NCBI GenBank assembly: GCA_040900005.1
Contig: JBBDZV010000040.1
Location: forward strand, 1 to 25,723
DNA from: Candidatus Saccharimonadales bacterium
Lineage (GTDB): Bacteria; Patescibacteriota; Saccharimonadia; Saccharimonadales; UBA10212
DNA: 25,723 nt
Reading direction: 5' to 3'
The notes under the pieces were generated by a model. The model worked only from the letters and a program-made list of their open reading frames with translations, ran no database searches and was not told the origin of the DNA. Position 1 is the first letter of the stretch. The number at the start of each line of letters is the position of its first letter. A program made the position numbers and the translations under genes. This document shows, in pieces, positions 1 through 7,281 of the stretch.

Positions 1-55
1 ACTTAACGTACTGCAGCTTGATATCCGGTAGCAGGTTAAACTGTACGGCGCTCAT
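1..55 (-). CDS. PilN-like type IV pilus assembly protein, N-terminal fragment (runs off the window edge)
   Basis: ATG at 55, GGAGG just upstream; translates MSAVQFNLLPDIKLQYVK; the 'FNLLP' N-terminus directly downstream of pilM is typical of PilN. Not in the supplied ORF track (too short). Confidence 0.7.
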   Translation of the reverse strand, partial: MSAVQFNLLPDIKLQYVK

Positions 56-160
56 CCCGTTAGACCTCCAAAGCACTTATGTAGGTTATCTGGTGGCTGA
101 AGCAAGCACTGACTATCAAACGTTAACCAATGGAGGGAAATTAAGTGGAGTCTAACGGGA
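55..160. mobile_element. Putative MITE-like or structured insertion, 106 bp, with terminal inverted repeats
   Basis: TCCCGTTAGACCTCCA (55-70) is the reverse complement of TGGAGTCTAACGGGA (146-160) apart from one extra base; CTCA flanks both sides (51-54, 161-164). No transposase in the window. Confidence 0.5.
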
Positions 161-161
161 C

Positions 162-1202
162 TCATTGGTTCCTCTCCGCCAGTCCCACTGCTACGGCAAA
201 GTGGTTGGACACCGCCAGTAGTTCATTTTGTTGACCGGCAGGAAAACTAACATTACGCCAGGAGTTACCGATTTCAACGTTGATGCCGAAGCGATTGGCA
301 ATATATAAGGGGAATTCCGGTAAGCTGGAGGCCCCGCCGGTTACAATAATCCGGTCTAGCTTTGTATTGGGGTAGCGGCTTTGGAAGAATTTTATTGATT
401 TCTCTACCTCTGCCATCAGGCTGTCCACGGTACCGATTATAGCGCCGTAGATTTTGCCTTCAAGCTTATCTCGGGCTACCCCGAACTTAAAAACAAACTG
501 CTGAGCCTGGGCCAACTCAATGCTTAGGTTCTGGACAGCTGCTCGGACAAATGAGCTGGAACCGATAGGAATGGCCCGGGTCAGGTGCGGCGCACCATTC
601 ATAGCTATGACCAGGTCAGTGGAAATACTGCCGACATCAAGCACTAACTGGGGCGAAATCATATCCGGCGGTATGACCGCCCGCATCAACGCCAGACTGT
701 CCGGCTCAAAGGCCAAGACGTTCAAGCCGGCGGCCTCCAGCATGTCCAGTCGGGCCTCAATGAAATCGTTAGGTACACTGGACATCAATACTTCTACCTT
801 TTTAGGATCTTTCGGGGAGTTTCCGATAACAGCCCAGTCAATTTTAGACTGGGCGACCGGTGTGGGTATAAAAGAGTCAGCTTGATAGGTAATGGTATTG
901 GCCATCTCCGGCGGGGCCATGCGGTCCATATCTATTACCGTGGTAAAAACCCGGTTAGAGGGCAAGTTTGCAACAACGTTCTTAGTGCTTATACCACTGC
1001 GTCGCACCAACTCCCTTACGGCAGCCGACACCCTGGCCCTGTCTTCTTTGGCATCGCTCAAAGTCATGTTGCCGGAAGTGGCTATTTGGCCATATTTTGC
1101 CAAAGTTTTGGGGGAGCCGGCCCCATGTAGCTGGACCACCCGGATGGCTGTACTGCCAAGGTCTAGGCCGAAAAAGTCAGATACCCCACTCAGTATGCTC
1201 AT
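162..1202 (-). CDS. pilM: Type IV pilus assembly protein PilM (actin-like ATPase fold)
   Basis: FGLDLGSTAIRVVQL N-terminal motif, AFEPDSLAL, LDVGSISTDL, IIVTGGASSLP, and C-terminal FAVAVGLA. Confidence 0.95.
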   Translation of the reverse strand: MSILSGVSDFFGLDLGSTAIRVVQLHGAGSPKTLAKYGQIATSGNMTLSDAKEDRARVSAAVRELVRRSGISTKNVVANLPSNRVFTTVIDMDRMAPPEMANTITYQADSFIPTPVAQSKIDWAVIGNSPKDPKKVEVLMSSVPNDFIEARLDMLEAAGLNVLAFEPDSLALMRAVIPPDMISPQLVLDVGSISTDLVIAMNGAPHLTRAIPIGSSSFVRAAVQNLSIELAQAQQFVFKFGVARDKLEGKIYGAIIGTVDSLMAEVEKSIKFFQSRYPNTKLDRIIVTGGASSLPEFPLYIANRFGINVEIGNSWRNVSFPAGQQNELLAVSNHFAVAVGLAERNQ

Positions 1203-1211
1203 ATTGTTCCG

Positions 1212-1220
1212 ATTATAGCA
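1212..1220 (-). promoter_or_regulatory. Extended -10 promoter element (TGCTATAAT) for pilM
   Basis: Perfect TGnTATAAT, 9 nt upstream of the pilM ATG. Confidence 0.6.
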
Positions 1221-1277
1221 TGAGCGGCATCATTTGGTAACCTGTTCGGACATCTTTTTCAATCTGTTGAGCTAATA

Positions 1278-2396
1278 TCAAAATACTGGGGGCAGGCTAA
1301 TGATGCTCTGGACCTTTAAAGTCGGACCGGCGGGCTGGTTAAAGAAAGGCCCGCCTACCACCATGGCCGGAGTGTAATTGACTATTTCGGCAATATTATT
1401 ACTGGCTGTGGCACCGCTAAGTGAATCCTCATTGGTTGAAGCCGCACTGATGTCACCACGGGTACGCAGGAAATTAACCTGCTTGGCAATCAAGGCGCCA
1501 TTGACCGTCAGCGGGTTACCGCAGGCCGGAATAAAGTCGGTGTAAACCGGATAGGAATCGTCGCGGTGACAAGTCCAAATAGCCCCGTCATCAGCCGCCA
1601 CGATAGAGCCGGCCGGTTGGGCTATGTAAAGTCCGTCAATCCGGGTGACGGACGGGTCTATATAGATATTGCCTTTCACCACCAGTGCGAGTTTTGGCAC
1701 GTTATTCTCTCTATCCAGCTGATAAGTAATGTTATGGCCAATATAGGCATTGCCGTTCACGAACAAGGTAATCCGGCGTCCGGCGGCAATGTTTACCGCC
1801 CCGCCGGTGACATCATAAGGATTAGAGCCAGTGGCGGTGGCCGTATAAGCACCAGAGGCGGTGGCCGAAGATAACACACCCAGACCGGAAGCCGTAGTGG
1901 TAGAGAGCTTAGAGTAATAATCCGGTAAGCACGACGATTGACGGACACTGCCCTCGTAAAAACCGCCCCACGGTGCCGCGGCACTGTCGTCATTGGCAAA
2001 GCTTAGTTTATTCTTGGCGGTGTTGCTGGCGGCAGTTAGGGCTCCGGCACTGTAAAAGCCGTGGCTTGCGGCACTATTACCCTCAATAATCCCCAGTGAA
2101 AAGGCGCCGTATTGGGACGATGCTCCGCCGTTGGCGTTACCAGACCCATCCTCTTTAGAAAAAGCCAGAATACCCCCTACCCGGTTGTCCGGAGAGCCTT
2201 GGTAGTTAGGGTCCTGGTAATTAGAACCGGCGGCAGTGTTGCAGCTACTGCCATCAGAAAACCAGCCGCCGCTCATTACGTCGGCACCAAACACCTTCAA
2301 ATAGGGTTTAGTGGCCTGCACCGTGGCAATAGGCGCCAACACTAAAAGCGCACCAATCAATACCACAGGTAGTTTTTTGAGGAGTGCTACCTTCAT
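1278..2396 (-). CDS. Secreted pilus-cluster-associated hypothetical protein
   Basis: Start moved to ATG 2396 (MKVALLKKLPVVLIGALLVLAPIATVQA, signal-peptide-like). Contains PYLKVFGADV, LVVKGNIYID..V..IDGLYIA, LTVNGALIA and AEIVNY motifs that I recall from Saccharibacteria pilus-locus proteins; adjacent to pilM. Confidence 0.75.
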   Translation of the reverse strand: MKVALLKKLPVVLIGALLVLAPIATVQATKPYLKVFGADVMSGGWFSDGSSCNTAAGSNYQDPNYQGSPDNRVGGILAFSKEDGSGNANGGASSQYGAFSLGIIEGNSAASHGFYSAGALTAASNTAKNKLSFANDDSAAAPWGGFYEGSVRQSSCLPDYYSKLSTTTASGLGVLSSATASGAYTATATGSNPYDVTGGAVNIAAGRRITLFVNGNAYIGHNITYQLDRENNVPKLALVVKGNIYIDPSVTRIDGLYIAQPAGSIVAADDGAIWTCHRDDSYPVYTDFIPACGNPLTVNGALIAKQVNFLRTRGDISAASTNEDSLSGATASNNIAEIVNYTPAMVVGGPFFNQPAGPTLKVQSIISLPPVF

Positions 2397-2404
2397 ACAT
2401 AAGC

Positions 2405-2413
2405 AGTATACCA
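2405..2413 (-). promoter_or_regulatory. Extended -10 element (TGGTATACT)
   Basis: 8 nt upstream of ATG 2396. Confidence 0.55.
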
Positions 2414-2474
2414 ATTCTCACGGTTTTCTCTAGAAATTCCCCCACCACCCTAGACTGACCCTCACAAATTTGAT

Positions 2475-2500
2475 TTAATTTGTGCTATAGCATAAATTAA
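2475..2500. repeat. 26-bp near-perfect palindrome upstream of the PaaX-like gene
   Basis: TTAATTTGTGCTA|TAGCATAAATTAA, one mismatch; ends 4 nt before ATG 2505. A second inverted repeat overlaps it (CACAAATT 2463-2470 / AATTTGTG 2477-2484). Confidence 0.9.
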
Positions 2501-2504
2501 TTAC

Positions 2505-3083
2505 ATGGCGCGTAATAGTAATACTTCTGCTCTGGTAGACGGTTTGCTGCGTTTTGTAGCGACAGGTGGTATGGTGACAGCTTCCCTGCTGTTGCCAGGC
2601 TTGGCGATTGGTCTTAATAAGCCACTTAGCAAATTCTTAGATGGGCTAGATGAGGCTGCTAAGCGTCGGGAGATAGACCGTACGCTTAAATATATGAAGG
2701 CAGCAAAGCTTATTAATTACTCCGGAAAGTACGAGCATGGTATTGCTATTACCGGTAAGGGCCGGAAAAGGCTTGAGAAAGTACATTTTGAAGATATAGC
2801 TATCCTGACGCCCAAACAGTGGGATCAAAGATGGCGGCTGGTTATCTTTGATGTGCCAGAGGAGCACAAGCAAGCAAGAAACGCGCTTTCACGTAAACTT
2901 CGCGAATTAGGCTTTCAGCCCCTGCAAAGAAGTGTTTGGGTCCATCCCTTTGCTTGTCACGCCGAAATAGAAGCAATTTCTATTTTTTGGGGGCTTACAA
3001 ACTACTTAACCTACGTGGAAACCAGCTATATAGATAAACCCGACTTATTAAAATCTCGCTTTGCTAATATCTTAAAGTTCTAA
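2505..3083 (+). CDS. PaaX-like protein (wHTH plus Cas2-like central domain), CPR type
   Basis: wHTH-like region ending ITGKGRKRL, then WDQRWRLVIFDVPEE...RKLRELGFQPLQRSVWVHP, the PaaX central/Cas2-like signature. Confidence 0.85.
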   Translation: MARNSNTSALVDGLLRFVATGGMVTASLLLPGLAIGLNKPLSKFLDGLDEAAKRREIDRTLKYMKAAKLINYSGKYEHGIAITGKGRKRLEKVHFEDIAILTPKQWDQRWRLVIFDVPEEHKQARNALSRKLRELGFQPLQRSVWVHPFACHAEIEAISIFWGLTNYLTYVETSYIDKPDLLKSRFANILKF

Positions 3084-3114
3084 CTATTTTATGCTATAGC
3101 ATAAAATAGTTAGA
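3079..3114. repeat. 36-bp perfect palindrome overlapping the PaaX-like stop codon
   Basis: TCTAACTATTTTATGCTA|TAGCATAAAATAGTTAGA; its core TTTATGCTATAGCATAAA (3088-3105) matches 2479-2496 at 17/18 positions. Confidence 0.95.
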
Positions 3115-3160
3115 GTTTGTTTATTTTGTGTTGCGGGGGGAGTAGAATACGGATATTGAT

Positions 3161-3766
3161 ATGAAGAGGTTTAAAGTCCCTTCCTCAATCTGGTATAGAC
3201 AACATAAAGTGCTGTCGTTGGTCATAGCCGTGGTGCTGATAGGGATAGTTTTTTGGGGGTATCAGGCCTATAGCGGCTATACCAATAAAAAAAGTTTTGA
3301 GAAGGCTCTGGCGGCGATAGATATTGTTTATGCAGATATAGTGTCTGAAGTTGGCCCGCCCGATAACTATAAGCATACTAACGACTGCAGCCGACCGAGT
3401 GGGGTTTACGAAGACGGTCCCCTCTCCTGCTCCGTTAGCACCTCTTTTATATATGGTGTCGCGAATCGCACCGAAGCCAATAATCTGCTTAAGAAGATCC
3501 AAACTGTTATCGGAGAGCACCAGGATTTATTGAAGCCAACCCAAGCTCTTGCCGCCACTATTGAGGATACTCTGGTGGTAAACACTTATCACCACTCGGC
3601 ACTTGATAGCTACACACGCGGTGGTTCTATGGATTGTTATACTAGCTACTTTTACGATACCTTTGAAGAAATAGACTTAACTATATCTTCAAAGGTAAAA
3701 AAACCTTTCCAAATAAATCTTGGATGCTCTGATTTTGCTAACAAGGAGTATTACCCCATCCATTAA
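3161..3766 (+). CDS. Hypothetical membrane-anchored surface protein
   Basis: 201-aa ORF; one N-terminal hydrophobic helix (VLSLVIAVVLIGIVFWGY) and four Cys in the extracytoplasmic part. Confidence 0.75.
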   Translation: MKRFKVPSSIWYRQHKVLSLVIAVVLIGIVFWGYQAYSGYTNKKSFEKALAAIDIVYADIVSEVGPPDNYKHTNDCSRPSGVYEDGPLSCSVSTSFIYGVANRTEANNLLKKIQTVIGEHQDLLKPTQALAATIEDTLVVNTYHHSALDSYTRGGSMDCYTSYFYDTFEEIDLTISSKVKKPFQINLGCSDFANKEYYPIH

Positions 3767-3827
3767 TTCTTGCTTTATTGCACTTTGGGTGGGACAATTT
3801 GACTGGTTCACATATTACTGTTGAGGT

Positions 3828-6551
3828 ATGCATAAGCTTCTTCGGCCGGGTGTGTTTTCTCTGCTCCTACTCAGTGCTAGTTTAATAGTGGCAACTAATG
3901 CTAAATATGCTTATGCCGAAACATCTTTGGAGTGGTTATCCCCGTCCCTCCTTTCTCTTACGAAGTTGAACGAGGTTGCGGTGATACCTCTCTCCGTGAA
4001 CGGCAACATCGACTGTACCCAAAAAGAAACTTCCGAATGTGTAGTCAATGCATTATATGGATCAGTAGCGTCTAACGGTCGAATCAAGCTAAATAATACG
4101 TCTGTTTATAAAACAGTCATTAACTACCTTAATAATTTACCGCGAATACTAGCTATACCGAACTCCAGCAGCATCATAAGCTACAGTACCGAGCCCCCAT
4201 ATGGTTTCTACCTGTACTTTAACAAGAACTTTAACGCTTCTATTAGCCCCTATACGCCCATCGGGAGCACGGAAATGCAATACCAGATTAATCGGCCGCC
4301 TGACGCTAGGCTGGAAGACAGAAATCATAATCGCTTGGCAGCTGACTATAATTCAATGAGTTTCTCTACTGACGGTAAATGGATGGTTGTGTCTCAGCCG
4401 AATGTATCGGTGCTGCGAGTCAATTTGGAAACGTATGAAGTTCTACCGTTTGCACCCGGGTTCAATCACACGATTGGAATAGCTCCTAATCCTAAAACTG
4501 CTATAACCAACGACGGGCGCTACGCCGTGGTTGCCTCTAGAGATTTTGGCCGATTTACTATATACGACCTAAGTACCTGTGCTACCGTTCCAGCTACCAT
4601 AACCGGGTCGGTTACCTGCCAATCTAGAAGTCTTCTGAGTTTTGTACAAACACAGATACCAGGCTATATAACAGCTTCCCGCATTAGATTTATCGATAAC
4701 CAAAGCTTAAGCTTTTACGCTAGCTATAACGATGGGGGCGGCAACAAAATCGCTAAGTTTGTTCTTAAATCAGGTGGAGGAACATTCAACCAAATAGAAT
4801 ATTTAGCTCTGGGGGATTCTTATATTTCCGGGGAGGGTGCATTTAATTATTTAGAAGGGACCGACACGGAGAATAATAAATGCCACCTTTCAACAGCTTC
4901 ATACCCATATCTTATTGGGTACACCCTTAACTATAATTCTTATCGATCTATAGCTTGCTCCGGCTCTAGAGTGTCTGACATTACAGATTCAAGCACCCAC
5001 TATAAAGGGCAAAATATGAATAAAGTAGAGAGACAGAATCTTGGAAGTCCTAAAATTAATGAAATTCTTGAGATGTTTCAGCCTGGCTATATTTATCAAT
5101 TAAATTTTGTCAGCAAATACCTACCCAAAACTGTCACAGTATCAATTGGGGGGAATAATATTGGATTTTCGCAAATTGTAAAGAAATGTATAGCTCCAGA
5201 TACTTGCTTCAGTTCATTCGAAGATCGGCTGGAATTGGTACGTCGGGTTAATCGAACTTTTCCTGACCTAGTGGGTACCTACCAGGAAATTAAAAATGCA
5301 ACTTCTCCGGATGCCAAAGTTTTTGCAGTGGGCTATCCACAGCTTGCCCTACCGGGTGGCAATTGTGCTCTCAATGTACGCTTAGACTCGCAGGAGCTTG
5401 AATTTTCAAAGCAACTAATTTCTTATATGAACTTAGTAATTTCCCGTGCAGCCCAAAAAGCCGGAGTTATATATGTAGACACCGAGGACGCCTTTAGCGG
5501 ACACCTTCTCTGTGAGACCGTGAGCAGTGACGTTGCCGTGAATGGCTTGACGCTTGGTGATGACTTCCCTGATTTCCTGAATGGACCTATTGGTAATGAA
5601 AGCTATCACCCTAACCAGCTGGGGCATCAATTATTAAAACAAAAGATCCTTGCTGCCACCCAGAATTTCACTCAAACCATGCCCACACCGAACTTAGCTA
5701 TAACTTTTCCGCCTGAGTCGGGACTTTCGATCCTGGATTATCCACCTTCGGGACGTGTAGTGCGAAGTTCTATAGATGCTGACCAATTAGTTGACGATGT
5801 GTTAATCAAAGGAGTCGCCACTACTTTAACCATAGATAACCCTGCTTACCCTTTGAAGCCCTCTAGTGTTTTTGAGGCTGTTCTGCATTCTGACCCAATA
5901 AATATAGGCTCCTATACCTCATCCTCTGCTGGAACCTTGAGTTTCCAATTTCAGATTCCAGACAGCGTTTCACCGGGATTCCACGACCTTCATTTGTATG
6001 GCCAGAATATGTCCGGCGAGCAAATCGATATATATAAAACAGTCTATGTGGGCGCCAGCAGTGACGACCTTGACGGCGATGGAATATTGAATAGCTTTGA
6101 TACCTGCAACGGTATCGTTCCGTCAGGCGTGGACTACGATCAGGATGATATTGATGATGCTTGTGACGGTCTTATCGGTGAGGCTCCTCCGCCCCCCTCC
6201 GATCCAGACCCACCGCCGCCTATTCCCGACCCTTCCTCTTCCAGCCCTGAAGATGATGAGCCCTCACCGCCAAACTCTTCGCCAGACAGGTTGGATAATT
6301 CCCACTCAGACGAGATTCCAGTCGGGTCTATTACACAAACTAATAACCAGAATGACTCGGCATTCATTAACACTTTTATTCATTTAAGACTTCCCCGGGA
6401 TTCTGATAAGCAACTTAGGAGTAGTGTACTTTCCGTACAAAACAGCAAAGGGACTGTAAAAGACTCCTCCTTCGGCTTTCCAATGAAAGCAGGGGTTACC
6501 CTAGCAGCTATAGTTACGGCTCTTGTTGCAAGAGCTGTGGTGCGGCGTTGA
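3828..6551 (+). CDS. Large surface protein with an SGNH/GDSL hydrolase (SEST-like esterase/lipase) domain
   Basis: Signal peptide; YLALGDSYISGEG (block I), IACSGS (II), VSIGGNNIGF (III), ESYHPNQLGH (V); Asp-rich DxDGDG repeats, Pro-rich linker, C-terminal hydrophobic anchor ending RR; GAGG before the ATG. Confidence 0.85.
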   Translation: MHKLLRPGVFSLLLLSASLIVATNAKYAYAETSLEWLSPSLLSLTKLNEVAVIPLSVNGNIDCTQKETSECVVNALYGSVASNGRIKLNNTSVYKTVINYLNNLPRILAIPNSSSIISYSTEPPYGFYLYFNKNFNASISPYTPIGSTEMQYQINRPPDARLEDRNHNRLAADYNSMSFSTDGKWMVVSQPNVSVLRVNLETYEVLPFAPGFNHTIGIAPNPKTAITNDGRYAVVASRDFGRFTIYDLSTCATVPATITGSVTCQSRSLLSFVQTQIPGYITASRIRFIDNQSLSFYASYNDGGGNKIAKFVLKSGGGTFNQIEYLALGDSYISGEGAFNYLEGTDTENNKCHLSTASYPYLIGYTLNYNSYRSIACSGSRVSDITDSSTHYKGQNMNKVERQNLGSPKINEILEMFQPGYIYQLNFVSKYLPKTVTVSIGGNNIGFSQIVKKCIAPDTCFSSFEDRLELVRRVNRTFPDLVGTYQEIKNATSPDAKVFAVGYPQLALPGGNCALNVRLDSQELEFSKQLISYMNLVISRAAQKAGVIYVDTEDAFSGHLLCETVSSDVAVNGLTLGDDFPDFLNGPIGNESYHPNQLGHQLLKQKILAATQNFTQTMPTPNLAITFPPESGLSILDYPPSGRVVRSSIDADQLVDDVLIKGVATTLTIDNPAYPLKPSSVFEAVLHSDPINIGSYTSSSAGTLSFQFQIPDSVSPGFHDLHLYGQNMSGEQIDIYKTVYVGASSDDLDGDGILNSFDTCNGIVPSGVDYDQDDIDDACDGLIGEAPPPPSDPDPPPPIPDPSSSSPEDDEPSPPNSSPDRLDNSHSDEIPVGSITQTNNQNDSAFINTFIHLRLPRDSDKQLRSSVLSVQNSKGTVKDSSFGFPMKAGVTLAAIVTALVARAVVRR

Positions 6552-6567
6552 AAAAAGTGGCGTTTTG

Positions 6568-6576
6568 TGGTATAAT
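6568..6576 (+). promoter_or_regulatory. Extended -10 element (TGGTATAAT)
   Basis: 8 nt upstream of ATG 6585; the gap contains AGGAG. Confidence 0.6.
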
Positions 6577-6584
6577 TAGGAGAT

Positions 6585-6989
6585 ATGCCAGAGCTTAAAG
6601 TAGCACACTTTGATGATCATGATGATGTCCGGGCCTATACCCGGGACTTCCTGGAATTCCACAATCACCAGGTTGTGGCGGACGCCGTTGACAGGAGAAC
6701 CTCCGAGCAGCTTATTGAGTTCCTTAGACTTGGTGTTGTGGAAGCCAATGTTGCTATCCTAGACGGTGATATAAAAGATATTTCCGGCGACGAAATAGCG
6801 CCTCAGATCCGAGAGATGGGTGGTATAGCTATAATTGGGCTGTCCGGCCGTGACCATGGTGTGGCTGGTGTCGATATAAATATCCCGAAAGGAGATGGTG
6901 GTGCTATACTTCAGGTACTTCAAGGCCTGCCAGAGCCCGGAACGCTGGAGTGGGGGGAACGGTTCTCTGCCCAACGGGCTGGAAAATAA
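6585..6989 (+). CDS. Stand-alone CheY-like receiver-domain protein (divergent)
   Basis: VAHFDD acidic pocket, VAILDG phospho-acceptor Asp, IIGLSG Ser, IPKG Lys in the expected order. Confidence 0.75.
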   Translation: MPELKVAHFDDHDDVRAYTRDFLEFHNHQVVADAVDRRTSEQLIEFLRLGVVEANVAILDGDIKDISGDEIAPQIREMGGIAIIGLSGRDHGVAGVDINIPKGDGGAILQVLQGLPEPGTLEWGERFSAQRAGK

Positions 6990-7002
6990 AACTTTTTTTT
7001 GG

Positions 7003-7281
7003 TTAAAAGTTTGAGAGCTCGCTGTCCAGTTGAGATGCGTCCTGGTTGCTGACCGCCGGGTCGTTTTGGTCTAAAAGTTTGGAAGCGGCATCCAGGTCGC
7101 TGGCTTTTTTGATTTCCGGAGCAGAAGAAACATCCCTAGCTGTAGGCGACTGCTCGCTGGCGGCAGCATTTCTAGTCTGTTGCCGGTCATAAACTCTGTA
7201 GCCTACGTAAGCTAACCCCGTTACCACAACAATTATGAGCAGTAATTCTACTACCGAGAAACCTTTTTGAAAACGCTTCAT
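7003..7281 (-). CDS. Short pilin-like protein with a class III (prepilin) signal peptide
   Basis: MKRFQKG|FSVVELLLIIVVV: G|F cleavage site, Glu at +5, hydrophobic helix; only 92 aa. Confidence 0.8.
   Translation of the reverse strand: MKRFQKGFSVVELLLIIVVVTGLAYVGYRVYDRQQTRNAAASEQSPTARDVSSAPEIKKASDLDAASKLLDQNDPAVSNQDASQLDSELSNF

Noticed and set aside
1197-1225. GCTCAT/ATGAGC inverted repeat around the pilM -10 element
   Set aside because: Only 6 bp and partly fixed by the start codon; compatible with chance.
2505-3114. CRISPR-Cas call based on the Cas2-like motif and 36-bp palindrome
   Set aside because: Only two dissimilar palindromes 600 bp apart with a gene between them; no repeat-spacer array and no cas1 or effector gene.
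6180-6280. Tandem DNA repeat in the Pro/Ser/Asp-rich linker of the SGNH protein (similarly 24165-24240)
   Set aside because: Codons vary; this is protein-level low complexity, not a discrete repeat or phase-variation tract.
6988-7012. Terminator between the convergent receiver and mini-pilin genes
   Set aside because: The 8-bp stem is almost all A/T; too weak to call.
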